Assembly: GCA_963790475.1 (NCBI GenBank)
Contig: CAWBOS010000010.1
Span: 352,001 to 416,000 of the forward strand
Direction: 5' to 3'
DNA length: 64,000 bases
Source: an uncultured delta proteobacterium
GTDB lineage: Bacteria > Desulfobacterota > RBG-13-43-22
Shown in pieces: positions 7,424 through 16,914 of this stretch. The notes below the pieces were generated by a model. The model worked only from the letters and a program-made list of their open reading frames with translations, was not told the DNA's origin and made no database searches. Within the stretch, counting starts at the first letter, position 1, and each line of letters begins with the position of its first letter. A program made the position numbers and the translations under genes.

Positions 7424-9889
7424 TTATCCTTTTGGAACTGCTTTATGAAGTCTTAGGGTGTTTCCAATGACCGTCAGACTGCTGGCAAACATGGCCAGAA
7501 CGGCAATCAAAGGATTTAAGAGCCCGCTCACAGCCAAAGGGATTGCGAGTATATTATAGAAAAAGGCAAACCCCAAATTTTGTCTAATAATAATCAGAGT
7601 CCGTTGGGAAAGATCAATCACTTCCTGGATCTTCAGGGGGTCATCGGCTAACAGGGTGATATCCGAAGCCTCCGTCAAAATTCCGGCCCTTATCCCCAGG
7701 GCAAAACCGACATCCGCCTGAGCCAGGGCCGCCGCATCATTAAATCCGTCCCCGATCATACCGACCTGATGCCCCCGGCTCTGAAGTTCTTTGATGAAGT
7801 GTGCCTTGTCCTGAGGCAAGGCCTGTCCGAGAAAAGAGGTTATGCCCAGCTGGCGGGCGATGGCCGCGGTGGTCTCCTCTGAATCTCCGGAAAGCATCCA
7901 GAGTTGAAAGCCTTTTTGCCGAAGACCTGAAAGGGCTTCCAGGGCCGATTCCTTCAAAACATCTCCAAAGATCAATAATCCTTTAACCCATTCTTCCCAA
8001 CCAAAAAACGCGACGGTCATTCCTTCGCCTTCGTCGGTACTGGCTTGGGACTCGAGGATTTTGGGAATATTCAGGCCCCGGGACTGCATCCAGTTCCGAT
8101 TGCCTATAACCACCTCACAGCCGGCTACGAAACCTTTGATCCCCAAACCGGGCAGCATTTGGAAATCTGTTACCGCTTCCAGACTCAGAGAGGATTCCCG
8201 GGCTTGGTCTTGAATGGCCCGGGCCAAAAAGTGATCGGACAAGGATTCTAAGGATGCGATTCTTTGCCAGGCCTCTTGATCACTACATCCTATAGTGACT
8301 ATTTTACGCAGGCCATATCGTCCTTCGGTCAAGGTGCCGGTCTTATCAAAGGCCAAGACATCCAGCCCCCTGATTTTTTCCAAAGCGGCAGGGTCCCGGA
8401 AAAGGAAACCTTTGGTCCGACCCACACCAATGGCCGCCACTTTGGCCAGAGGAATAGCGATCCCGAGGGTGCAGGGACAGGAGATTACCAGTATCGTTAT
8501 GGCCCGTAGCAGGCTTGTCTCCAGCGAATAACCGCGAAAAATAAGATAGAAGGCCGCCCCTGGGGCCAGGACCAGGAGGCAGGGGACGACCCAGCGGGTC
8601 AGCCGATCGGCGAACAGCTCAACGGCGGTCTTCCGGGACAACCCTTCTTGCATCATGGTAATGAGCTGACCGATAGAACTGTCAGTTCCTACACGGGTGG
8701 CCCTGATCCTCAATTGTCCGTCAAGGAGTAAAGAGCCGGCCCGAACCTCATCATCCGGACCTTTTTGAATTGGGCGTGATTCACCGGTTAAAGAGGATTC
8801 GTCCAGACCGGCCTGTCCCCAGAGGATCCGTCCGTCAACGGCCACTCTCTCTCCGGACAAAACCTCAAATTCATCTCCGGGTCGAACGTCTTCAGCGGCC
8901 AGCCAATTTTCCCTGCCATCAATAAGGAAACGCACCTTCTGGTTGGCCAAAAGGTAGATTTCGGTAAGACCCCGGGATATCCTTTCTTTAGCCCGGGACT
9001 CCAGATGCTTTCCCAGCAGGACCAGGACGATCAGCATGGCGGCCGTATCAAAATAGAGGTGAAGACTACCCCTTCCCAGCTGGAAGAGGCTGTAGCCGTA
9101 AGCGGACAAGGCACCGATGGCAATAAGAACTTCCATATTGGGATTTCCGTGGCCCAATCCGATCAAAGCCTTTTTGAAAATGGGGTATCCTCCGTAGAGA
9201 AGAACCGGTGTTGCCAGAACCCACAAAGGGTAAGATAAGTAACCGACGGCCTCGGCACCCAGGTCCTGAAAGAAGCCGGCATAGAGGGCCAGGGAGATCA
9301 TCATGATGTGAAAGGTCAAAATGGCGGAAATTCCCAGACGCAGCTGGGCATTTTTTTTCTCCTTAACCGATGCGGATGTTTCCTGAAGGGGAGAAGGACG
9401 ATATCCTAATTGGGAGATCCGTTCCTGAATATCTTCCAGAGTCACCTGATGGGGAAGGTATCTTATCCTTACCAAATCGGAGAAGAATTGGGCCTCAACC
9501 TTTATCACGCCGCAGGATCGGCTCAGGACCTCTTCAATCAACCAGGAGCAGGCGCTGCACCACATCCCCTCCACCTTGAGAATCAATTCCCTGGTTAGGG
9601 GATCTTCCGCTTCAGAACCCTCTGAGGCATTCGGATCCGGACTTTGAATTTCTCCCTCACCCTTCCCGCGGGTATCAACCCTTTTCCCGATCAGTTCGGA
9701 GGCCTCGCTGAAACGGTAGAGGGTGGTATTTTTAAAGTCATCCGGCAACCCTCCCGGAAGACCGGAGAGGATTTTAAAGACCTGTCGGCAGCCGAAACAG
9801 CAAAAGTGGAGGTCCTTTTCCCCCTGCTTTTCCCTCAGGCCGGAATTTCCGACCGGCAGTCCACATAAGGTACACTCAAGAAGGCTCAT
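7424..9889 (-). CDS. ccoI: Cu-transporting P1B-ATPase, cbb3 assembly type
   Basis: N-terminal CTLC..FCCFGC, HMA CSAC, TGES, CPC, DKTGT, GDGFNDA. Last gene of the cco operon. Confidence 0.9.
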   Translation of the reverse strand: MSLLECTLCGLPVGNSGLREKQGEKDLHFCCFGCRQVFKILSGLPGGLPDDFKNTTLYRFSEASELIGKRVDTRGKGEGEIQSPDPNASEGSEAEDPLTRELILKVEGMWCSACSWLIEEVLSRSCGVIKVEAQFFSDLVRIRYLPHQVTLEDIQERISQLGYRPSPLQETSASVKEKKNAQLRLGISAILTFHIMMISLALYAGFFQDLGAEAVGYLSYPLWVLATPVLLYGGYPIFKKALIGLGHGNPNMEVLIAIGALSAYGYSLFQLGRGSLHLYFDTAAMLIVLVLLGKHLESRAKERISRGLTEIYLLANQKVRFLIDGRENWLAAEDVRPGDEFEVLSGERVAVDGRILWGQAGLDESSLTGESRPIQKGPDDEVRAGSLLLDGQLRIRATRVGTDSSIGQLITMMQEGLSRKTAVELFADRLTRWVVPCLLVLAPGAAFYLIFRGYSLETSLLRAITILVISCPCTLGIAIPLAKVAAIGVGRTKGFLFRDPAALEKIRGLDVLAFDKTGTLTEGRYGLRKIVTIGCSDQEAWQRIASLESLSDHFLARAIQDQARESSLSLEAVTDFQMLPGLGIKGFVAGCEVVIGNRNWMQSRGLNIPKILESQASTDEGEGMTVAFFGWEEWVKGLLIFGDVLKESALEALSGLRQKGFQLWMLSGDSEETTAAIARQLGITSFLGQALPQDKAHFIKELQSRGHQVGMIGDGFNDAAALAQADVGFALGIRAGILTEASDITLLADDPLKIQEVIDLSQRTLIIIRQNLGFAFFYNILAIPLAVSGLLNPLIAVLAMFASSLTVIGNTLRLHKAVPKG

Positions 9890-9963
9890 GATTGATCAAC
9901 AAGAAAGACCTTTATTGGGTTATCGCAAAGAAATCTTTCGATGAAATAATTCCAAATTGTGTT

Positions 9964-10096
9964 TGACAAGTTTGTTAAAAGTCGCTGAAATCCAAGTTGC
10001 GTCATTCCGGTGAAAGCCGGAATCCAGTATTGTTAAGCAGTTAAAAATTCTGGACCCCGGTTTTCACCGGGGCGACGACTTTTTACGAATCCATCA
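9964..10096. repeat. MITE-like palindromic element, family 1
   Basis: Imperfect TIRs TGACAAGTTTGTTAAAAGTCG / CGACTTTTTACGAATCCATCA around the core GTCATTCCGGTGAAAGCCGGAATCCAG...CTGGACCCCGGTTTTCACCGGGGCGAC. Homologous to 60116-60250. Confidence 0.85.
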
Positions 10097-10250
10097 TATT
10101 TATTAAGGGCTTCAATATACTATTGACCAAATTTTGCTGCCGGGGACCGGGTATTCTTCTTTTCCAGAATTATCATAGATTTTTTCTACACGGGATTGGG
10201 CTCCTTTCCGCCCCCATTATAAATTAGTTTCTGATTTGGGGGAAAGGGTT

Positions 10251-10973
10251 TCAATGACATTGGACCAAAGGGAATAGCAGGAGTTTGGCTCCTTTGAACA
10301 TTAAGAACAAACCCATGGCTATGACCGAAAGGGCAGCCACCCGTTCCCCAATGACCCTGATCCTCAGAGTCAGCAGGGAAGCTGAAACTCCCACGGTCAA
10401 CAAGGCTGGAACTGTGCCCAAACCAAAGGCCAGCATGGTCATAGCTCCTTGGGCTACATTTTCCGTTATGGCCGCCCTGATAAGCATGGAAGAGGTAAGG
10501 GAACAGGGCAGGAGTCCGCAGGCAGCCCCAATGGCCATTTTAGAAATGGAACCCGGCCTTTGCCACAGGGAGGGAAGAAAACGGTCCCAAAGGGATCGGA
10601 AGGGCATTGAATAGCGGGTCAAAAAGGCGGGCAAGGGGAAAACTTTCAGGAAAACAAGTCCCAGGAGAGTGATCAGGGCTCCTCCACCCAGGAGGAGGCC
10701 ACCGCGGATATTCAGATAAAGATTAAGACCAACTATAGCAAAAAGACCTGCGACCAGGGCCCCCAATATTCCATAAGTGATGATCCTTCCAGAATGAAAG
10801 GCCAGATGGTGAAAAACCCCTTTGCTCCAGGAAAAGGGATTCGGATTCCCGATTGGTAGTTGAGCCTTTTTTATGTTCAGGGAGTAAGCCATGACCAAAG
10901 GACCGCACATCCCCAGGCAATGAAGGCTGCCCAACAATCCGATCAGGAAAGGGGCCACCAGTTCGACGCTCAT
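10251..10973 (-). CDS. TauE/SafE (DsbD_2)-family membrane protein, cbb3 assembly accessory
   Basis: GSLHCLGMCGP, GRIITY, GLLPC, FGLGTVP motifs. Confidence 0.88.
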   Translation of the reverse strand: MSVELVAPFLIGLLGSLHCLGMCGPLVMAYSLNIKKAQLPIGNPNPFSWSKGVFHHLAFHSGRIITYGILGALVAGLFAIVGLNLYLNIRGGLLLGGGALITLLGLVFLKVFPLPAFLTRYSMPFRSLWDRFLPSLWQRPGSISKMAIGAACGLLPCSLTSSMLIRAAITENVAQGAMTMLAFGLGTVPALLTVGVSASLLTLRIRVIGERVAALSVIAMGLFLMFKGAKLLLFPLVQCH

Positions 10974-11509
10974 CGGGGGGGCTTCCCTTCATCTTTATTT
11001 TCGGCTATGGCCCGAAGATAGTTGATGATGGCCCAGCGGTCTTCCGCTGCGACGGTGGCAAATAAAGGGGGTTGTCTTTTATTGCCCAGGCTGATTTTGT
11101 AAAACAGTTCTCCGTCCGTCTGGGCCTGCACCTTGGGGTCTAAAAGATACGTGGGCAAAGGATAGAAACTTTGCCCCACAGTGGCCTTCCCATCGAGCCC
11201 GGGACCATGACACTGTACACAGTAATATAGATAGCTTTGCCTTCCCTGGTCTATTATCGCTTGGGTCATCGGCAAGGGGTTGATCAATTTTTTGGGGTTT
11301 GATCTTCTCAAGGTCTCGATCCCCCCGCCCTGCGGGATGGTTCCTTTGGGCATGATCGGAAAGGAAATTTGATAAGTATTGATGGCCTCATCATCCCGCA
11401 TCCGGCCGTAGTAGTTGCTGACCAGGATGGAAAGGAAAAAGAGAAAAAAGGCCAAAAGCCCCACACCCAGACCGGAGAGGATAAAGATTTTTTTCCAGGA
11501 CATAGTCAC
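10970..11509 (-). CDS. Membrane-anchored monoheme cytochrome c (ActE-like)
   Basis: N-terminal TM, MPKGTIP..NPLP, CVQCH, TDGELFY, RWAIINY. Confidence 0.8.
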   Translation of the reverse strand: MTMSWKKIFILSGLGVGLLAFFLFFLSILVSNYYGRMRDDEAINTYQISFPIMPKGTIPQGGGIETLRRSNPKKLINPLPMTQAIIDQGRQSYLYYCVQCHGPGLDGKATVGQSFYPLPTYLLDPKVQAQTDGELFYKISLGNKRQPPLFATVAAEDRWAIINYLRAIAENKDEGKPPR

Positions 11510-11847
11510 CGTCCTCCCTGATGAGTGGATTTTTCGCCCCCCAGGGTTTTGCCCATCACATGTTGCTGCCGAATCTTTTCCCCTTCTTCCAGCGGGGCCG
11601 TGCCAGCCTGTTTTTCGGCCCCACGGACCGAATAAATTGACTGGCCGGGCACATCGTCAATGGTGCCGTAGCGCCAGGGAGGCGGCCAACTGACCCCAAC
11701 GGTATAAAAAATAAATAGCCCCCAGAATAAAAAGGCTATGGCCACGACCAGCACGATACTCCAGCTCATGGCCATTGATCCCTCATTTTCAGGAGCAACT
11801 TTTCCCCGTTTTTTGTTGTTCAGGTTTTTTGATTCCATTCTACCCAA
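11506..11847 (-). CDS. Small single-TM hypothetical protein in the cco operon
   Basis: Overlaps both neighbours. One TM segment then WPPPWRYGTIDDVPGQS. Confidence 0.7.
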   Translation of the reverse strand: MGRMESKNLNNKKRGKVAPENEGSMAMSWSIVLVVAIAFLFWGLFIFYTVGVSWPPPWRYGTIDDVPGQSIYSVRGAEKQAGTAPLEEGEKIRQQHVMGKTLGGEKSTHQGGR

Positions 11848-12124
11848 TGGCCTTTACCCTGAGCCCGACCAGGATCAAGTAGGCCAGGGCCCAGACGATG
11901 ACACCGACATAAACAATAATAAGAAACGGCGGCATGGGATTATTCGGCTTCTTCTGTTCCTCCTCGGACCCAACCCCCTCGGGCTTTTTGATATCCTCTC
12001 CGCTTATCTCCGGAGGGGTTTTTGGATAAAAGGCCCAGGCGACATAGAGAAGGACCAAAGTCCCCAGCCCCAAAAAAAAGGCCAGGGCCATTTCCTGCAA
12101 GGTGGTCAAGGGGAAAAAAGGCAT
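11840..12124 (-). CDS. Small 2-TM protein resembling CcoQ / CcoP N-terminus
   Basis: TM, linker, then NNPMPPFL and a second TM (cf. DNPLP of the CcoP N-terminus). Operon position. Confidence 0.65.
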   Translation of the reverse strand: MPFFPLTTLQEMALAFFLGLGTLVLLYVAWAFYPKTPPEISGEDIKKPEGVGSEEEQKKPNNPMPPFLIIVYVGVIVWALAYLILVGLRVKAIG

Positions 12125-12132
12125 GGCCTACC

Positions 12133-12387
12133 TTACCCTTTTAAAGCCAAAAATAAAGAGCCCGTTAAACCCACGACCATCAAAAGTCCGATAAACATTA
12201 AGACATAAACCTCCATGGCCAGCCTGGCCGGATCTTTGACCATGGGCTGGGGGAGGATGTCCCGCAGGGGCAGGTAGCGGGCCCGGTCCTGATCGGAAAA
12301 CTGTCCGCTCTGGAGCCCCCACAAAAAGGCCACCACCGAGACCCACAGGCCGAAAGCGATCAAAATCATCCAGGCTGAAAAATACAT
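12133..12387 (-). CDS. ccoS: cbb3 oxidase maturation protein CcoS with an extra C-terminal TM
   Basis: FLWGLQSGQFSDQD motif. Confidence 0.85.
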   Translation of the reverse strand: MYFSAWMILIAFGLWVSVVAFLWGLQSGQFSDQDRARYLPLRDILPQPMVKDPARLAMEVYVLMFIGLLMVVGLTGSLFLALKG

Positions 12388-12388
12388 C

Positions 12389-13369
12389 CTATTTCTCCTT
12401 CTCCCTGCTCAAGGCCTTGGACAGGGGCTCATTCCCAGGGGGTTCGTAGGCGGCATCGATCCCTTTGGGTTCCTTATGGGCGTCACTTTGGCCGATGAAA
12501 TAAACGGCCACATAATTCCCCACTTCCCAGATCTTGGCGGATTCCAACTCCTTTTTAAAATAAGGCATGGCCGTACCGGTGATTCCGTTCATAACCTGAT
12601 GGTACAAAATACCTCCGGAAACCCCCCGCTGGTTCAACAGAGTAAAGTTGAGGGGCGGGGGAGAGAGATAGGGTTCGGCTGGCCCCATACCGTCGCCGAT
12701 CGGACCGTGGCAGCCGATACAAAAGCCCTGATAAATCTTATGTCCCCGTTCCAGACCGGCCTCGGTGGTCGGGTAGGGGTTGGTCAGCTTTCTCCAGGGC
12801 TCAGGGACCATTTGGTGCAGCCACTTAATATTCTCATCAGGCCCGGTCTCGTAAGCTTTAATGGCCTTGGCCTTCCATACTTTCTGCCTCTGAACCCGGA
12901 AGTCGGCCATACGGAATCCCAGGCTTTGTTTATAGGCGATCAGGGCCTTGATATTTTCCTTTCCCAGAAATTTCCAGGAGGGCATGATCGATTCCGGACG
13001 GACAAACCTGGGGTTGGTAAAGTGGGCCCAATGCCAGTCATCCGGGTGTTCCCCTCCTTCCTGGGAGAGATCCGGACCGGTTCGCTCCGTACCTACCAGA
13101 TGAGGCTGATCTTGGACATAATCGCCGGAGAGGGCGATTCGCTCGGAACCGATGTCCCAGTCCATATCCCGGACAAACTGGGTATGGCAAAAGGTGCATC
13201 CGTTTCGCACATAGACTTCCCGACCCAGAGCCTCTAGGGGGGATCGGGTCCGAAAGATTTCCGAAGGCTGTTCGCTGATGGTCGTCCAGGGTAGGATAAC
13301 GGCGACAAAGAGTACCGAGGCGAAGATGATCAGGCCCCCGAAAACAATGATCCTCAGGTTCATCTTCAT
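12389..13369 (-). CDS. ccoO: cbb3 oxidase subunit II fused to a second cytochrome c domain
   Basis: GREVYVRNGCTFCHTQFVR, GTERTGPDL, SIMP; second heme CIGCH..GTAMP. ATGA overlap with the ccoN stop. Confidence 0.92.
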   Translation of the reverse strand: MKMNLRIIVFGGLIIFASVLFVAVILPWTTISEQPSEIFRTRSPLEALGREVYVRNGCTFCHTQFVRDMDWDIGSERIALSGDYVQDQPHLVGTERTGPDLSQEGGEHPDDWHWAHFTNPRFVRPESIMPSWKFLGKENIKALIAYKQSLGFRMADFRVQRQKVWKAKAIKAYETGPDENIKWLHQMVPEPWRKLTNPYPTTEAGLERGHKIYQGFCIGCHGPIGDGMGPAEPYLSPPPLNFTLLNQRGVSGGILYHQVMNGITGTAMPYFKKELESAKIWEVGNYVAVYFIGQSDAHKEPKGIDAAYEPPGNEPLSKALSREKEK

Positions 13370-14748
13370 GGGGCTTCCCCCTTCCAATCCGTGGAGGACT
13401 CATTAACCCCGTAAATGCTCTTGTAGATGTTGATCAGTCCCAGGACCGCCCCGCCGACGATCAACAGACCGATGGAGGCCCGAAGGATCATGTAAACATG
13501 GATCTCGGGCAGAATCTTGTAAACCACCTGACCGTTCAACCAGCCATGCCCCTGGACCAAACCGGCCGCGGTCAGGACGGTAAAGAAGCCGGTCATGCCG
13601 ATAAGCACCAGCCAATACTGGATATCGGCCCAACGACGGTTGTAGAGGGGACGACCGGTTACCCGGGGCAGGATAAAATAAATTCCCCCCAGGGCAATGG
13701 TTCCGGAAAATCCCAGAACGCCCATGTGGGCATGGGCTACCACCCAGTTGGTCAAATGGGTTACGCGCTGGAGCATGGGCAGTGACTGCAGTGGACCCTG
13801 AATGCAGGTAAAAACATACCAGACCAGACCGGCCATAACAAACTTGCCCCCGATGTCGGCATGGATCAGACCCAGACGGCCGCGCATGGTCAGCCAGAGA
13901 TTGATCAACACGGTCAAAACCGGGATAAACATCCCTAAACTGCCAGTGATGGCCACCACCTTCAACCAGGTGGGCACCGGCGTCTGCAGAAGATGGTGGG
14001 CCCCTATGTGGGTGTAAAGCACCAGGATGCTCCAGAACCCGACCAGGGACAGGGAGTGGCTGTAAAGCGGAGACCGGCAGACAATGGGGATGATGTAATA
14101 AGCAAGGGCAACCGCCAGAGGAGTCAGGAATAATCCCACCACCCCATGGCCGTAAAACCAGGCCAGGACGGCATCGGGCAGGCCGGTAATGGCTCCAGTA
14201 GAAGGGTTCCAGACCGCATTGCCGAAAAAATAGATCAGAAAGATGTAGACCAGACCGGCAAAGATATACCAGATGGACACATACAAGGTCTTTTCCTGGC
14301 GCCTTCCGGCCGTCCGAAAAAGATTATAAAAAAACAGAGAGAAACACAACAAGACCCCTATATCGACCGGCCAGATCCATTCGGCATATTCCCGGCCCTG
14401 GGAATAGCCCAGGGCCAGGGTGACGGTCCCGGAGGCGATAGTCAGATTCCAGATCCACAGGGAAAACTTTCCCAATCGTTCGCTGTACAGAGGACTTCGC
14501 AACAAAGTAGGCACCAGGTAAAAAGCCGAGCCTAACAAGGCGGTGCCGACAAAACCGAAGATGACCACATTGGTGTGCATGGGCCGGGTCCGGCCGAAGA
14601 CCAGCCAGGAGATGTTTCCCAAAAGGTCGGGGGCGACCAGATGGGTGGCATCGATGAAGCCGATCGCTGGACCGATGACAAACCAAACGGCCGCGCTTAA
14701 AAAAAAGGCCTTGACGGTCCCGTAGGATTCCTCTTTCAAAAATTGCAC
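13366..14748 (-). CDS. ccoN: cbb3-type heme-copper oxidase subunit I
   Basis: FGRTRPMHTN, REYAE, WFYGH, LYTHIGAHHL, VAHAHMG. Confidence 0.95.
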   Translation of the reverse strand: MQFLKEESYGTVKAFFLSAAVWFVIGPAIGFIDATHLVAPDLLGNISWLVFGRTRPMHTNVVIFGFVGTALLGSAFYLVPTLLRSPLYSERLGKFSLWIWNLTIASGTVTLALGYSQGREYAEWIWPVDIGVLLCFSLFFYNLFRTAGRRQEKTLYVSIWYIFAGLVYIFLIYFFGNAVWNPSTGAITGLPDAVLAWFYGHGVVGLFLTPLAVALAYYIIPIVCRSPLYSHSLSLVGFWSILVLYTHIGAHHLLQTPVPTWLKVVAITGSLGMFIPVLTVLINLWLTMRGRLGLIHADIGGKFVMAGLVWYVFTCIQGPLQSLPMLQRVTHLTNWVVAHAHMGVLGFSGTIALGGIYFILPRVTGRPLYNRRWADIQYWLVLIGMTGFFTVLTAAGLVQGHGWLNGQVVYKILPEIHVYMILRASIGLLIVGGAVLGLINIYKSIYGVNESSTDWKGEAP

Positions 14749-14806
14749 TTGGTTAACCCCTGTTTTTTGACAATCTCAAAACCAACAAATCATAAATTTT
14801 GAAAAT

Positions 14807-15060
14807 TGATGCAAAAAGCCCCTCTGCGTCATTCCGGCGAAGAGGCTGTGTCGCAATTGTATTTATGTCATTCCGTGCAAGCGAAGCGAGACATGGAATC
14901 CAGTATTTCCAATAAGTTCTGGATACCGGCTTTCGCCGGTAAGACGCCTTTGATGGCACTTCCAGTAATTGTGACACAGCCTCGAAAGCCGGAATCCAGA
15001 ATAAAAAAGATTTCCATGAAGCTATACCTCGGCTTTCGCCAGAAGGGGTGACGATCTTAC
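14807..15060. repeat. Degenerate family 1 palindromic element interrupted by a nested MITE
   Basis: GTCATTCCGGCGAA / GAAAGCCGGAATCCAG halves rejoin to the core seen at 60153-60179. Confidence 0.8.
14842..14983. mobile_element. Nested MITE (142 bp)
   Basis: 17-bp TIRs GAGGCTGTGTCGCAATT / AATTGTGACACAGCCTC (16/17 match). Flanked by direct GAA (14839-14841, 14984-14986). Confidence 0.85.
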
Positions 15061-15080
15061 TCCAAAGCGATACTCCCATC

Positions 15081-15115
15081 CCTTGTACCTTATACCTTGT
15101 ACCATGTACCTTACC
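15081..15115. repeat. Heptamer tandem array (CCTTGTA-type)
   Basis: CCTTGTA CCTTATA CCTTGTA CCATGTA CCTTACC. Confidence 0.8.
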
Positions 15116-15121
15116 CCTTTT

Positions 15122-15673
15122 TTAATGGTGACAGGCCAGCCAGCAATCCAGTTGGGCCTTTTTTAATTTATGGCAGTCAATACAAAATTTCATCTTAAAT
15201 TTCTTTTTTTGCAGCCGGTCCATCCGCTCCACTTCCCCGTGGCAGTCACGGCAATCCAGTTTTCCGAAGCGCAAATGCGGCTGATGCCTGAACTTGACGA
15301 AATCGGGGACATAGAAGATGCGCACCCAGGGCACCGGCCTCCCGCTGTCATAATGCTCCTTTTCTTTAAGGAGCATGGGATGGGTGGGGATGATGTATTT
15401 ATGGCAGAAAAAACATTTTTCCATTTCCGGGAGTCCGGCATGTTCCGACCTCTCCACGTAGGGGTGACAAAACCGGCAGTTGATGGCCTTGACCCCGGCA
15501 TGAACCCGGTGGCTGAAAGGAACGGGCTGTCTGGGTCCGACCCCCTCACCGGGGTAAACATAATAAAAATAGAGCATCAGGGCCATCAGCAAAACTCCTA
15601 AGGAAAACCACTTTTTCCATGACGGCCCCTGCCCATTTTTTTTTGGTCGATCTTCAGCCATGGAGTTCATCAC
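15122..15673 (-). CDS. actA: ACIII pentaheme cytochrome c subunit
   Basis: One TM, QPVPFSHRVH, CRFCH, CFFCH, CRDCH, CIDCH, CWLACH. Confidence 0.9.
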   Translation of the reverse strand: MMNSMAEDRPKKNGQGPSWKKWFSLGVLLMALMLYFYYVYPGEGVGPRQPVPFSHRVHAGVKAINCRFCHPYVERSEHAGLPEMEKCFFCHKYIIPTHPMLLKEKEHYDSGRPVPWVRIFYVPDFVKFRHQPHLRFGKLDCRDCHGEVERMDRLQKKKFKMKFCIDCHKLKKAQLDCWLACHH

Positions 15674-16914
15674 CGGCCTTCCTCATGGTCCGCATTCAGG
15701 GTGTCTAAAAATATGGGGTCCGTCAAGGGGAGCAAGGGGAACCGTTTAAAAAACCATTGGAGGCTCAAGGCCATGAGGCCTAAGAAACCGAGGCTGATCA
15801 AAAATTCCGAAAAACCCAAAGGGAGTCCCGGTCTTTTCCACAGGGAGGGGGCCACCAGCAGAAAACGCTCCAGCCACATCCCGATAAGGATGAGACCGGT
15901 CAGAATCAGCATGGGCCCCTGTTTCATTTTGACCTTTTTGCTCAACAGGGTGCCGAAGGGCACAATAAAAAAGAGGATCAGCACGGTCCAGGCCAGGAAA
16001 TTCCAGGGAGGAAAATTGACCCGGCTGATCACGAACCTGCTCTCTTCCGGCAGGTTCCCATACCAGATCACCAGGAATTGGGAAAAGAAAAAATCACCGT
16101 TGGTCAGACAAAAGGCCAGGAGCAACTTTCCAAGATCATGAAACTGGCTTTTTTGGATGAAATTTCCCAAGTCAAAGGTCTTGACCGAAATGATGGAAAG
16201 AAAGATCAAGGCGGCCAGGGCGCTGTAAAAGGCACCGGTGAAAAAATACATCCCGAAAAGGGTGCTGTACCAGTGGGGGGATAAAGACATGACCAGGTCA
16301 AAGCCGATCAGGCTGAGGGTCAGGGCATAAAGGATGGCCAGGATGGGCGCCAGGATGGCTTGTTTACGCAAGTTTTCTTTTCCTCGGTCCCGGAATCTTT
16401 CCCAGGCTTCAATCCCTTGGGAGGAAACTTCTTTTTCGCCCCGAACCGAAAAATAAACCAGGCCCAGAGAGACGGCCGTCAGCATGAAGAGGAAAATTCC
16501 GTCCCGGGCAAAGAGAAAGCCGATATTCAACCAGGCGGCCTTGAGGGGCAACGGGTGCTGAATCCAGGGGAAAAGTCTTTCCCGGCCTAAAAAAAGGACC
16601 CAGAAAAGCAGGAAGGCCAAGGGCAGAAAGACGACCGGGGCCTCGGCCAGGCGTTTTACCGGTCTTCCCCAACGAGCCTTGGTAATCACCAGGGTGGCGG
16701 AAAAAAGGACCGAGCCGAAGGCCATTCCGGACCAGAAAAGATAATTGATCAAAAAGATCTGCCAGGCCCTTTCCGGCTGTGGTCCCAAGACGCAGAACAA
16801 AAAGACGGCCCCGCCGACCAGGACCGCGGCCAGGAAGACCACGGACCAGCCGTTAGAGCCGGTGTTCTGGCCGGCGGCCTTCATCACTTGGCAGATTTCA
16901 TCCCGCGTAGTCAT
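15670..16914 (-). CDS. actF: ACIII membrane subunit F
   Basis: ARWGRPVKRLAE, DLVMSLSPHWYSTLFG, HDLGKLL, QFLVIWYGNLPEE. Confidence 0.9.
   Translation of the reverse strand: MTTRDEICQVMKAAGQNTGSNGWSVVFLAAVLVGGAVFLFCVLGPQPERAWQIFLINYLFWSGMAFGSVLFSATLVITKARWGRPVKRLAEAPVVFLPLAFLLFWVLFLGRERLFPWIQHPLPLKAAWLNIGFLFARDGIFLFMLTAVSLGLVYFSVRGEKEVSSQGIEAWERFRDRGKENLRKQAILAPILAILYALTLSLIGFDLVMSLSPHWYSTLFGMYFFTGAFYSALAALIFLSIISVKTFDLGNFIQKSQFHDLGKLLLAFCLTNGDFFFSQFLVIWYGNLPEESRFVISRVNFPPWNFLAWTVLILFFIVPFGTLLSKKVKMKQGPMLILTGLILIGMWLERFLLVAPSLWKRPGLPLGFSEFLISLGFLGLMALSLQWFFKRFPLLPLTDPIFLDTLNADHEEGR

Noticed and set aside
14753-15079. ORFs of 108 aa (-) and 81 aa (+) between actA and ccoN
   Set aside because: Composed entirely of nested palindromic elements (WIPAF-type translations); no RBS or domain signal.
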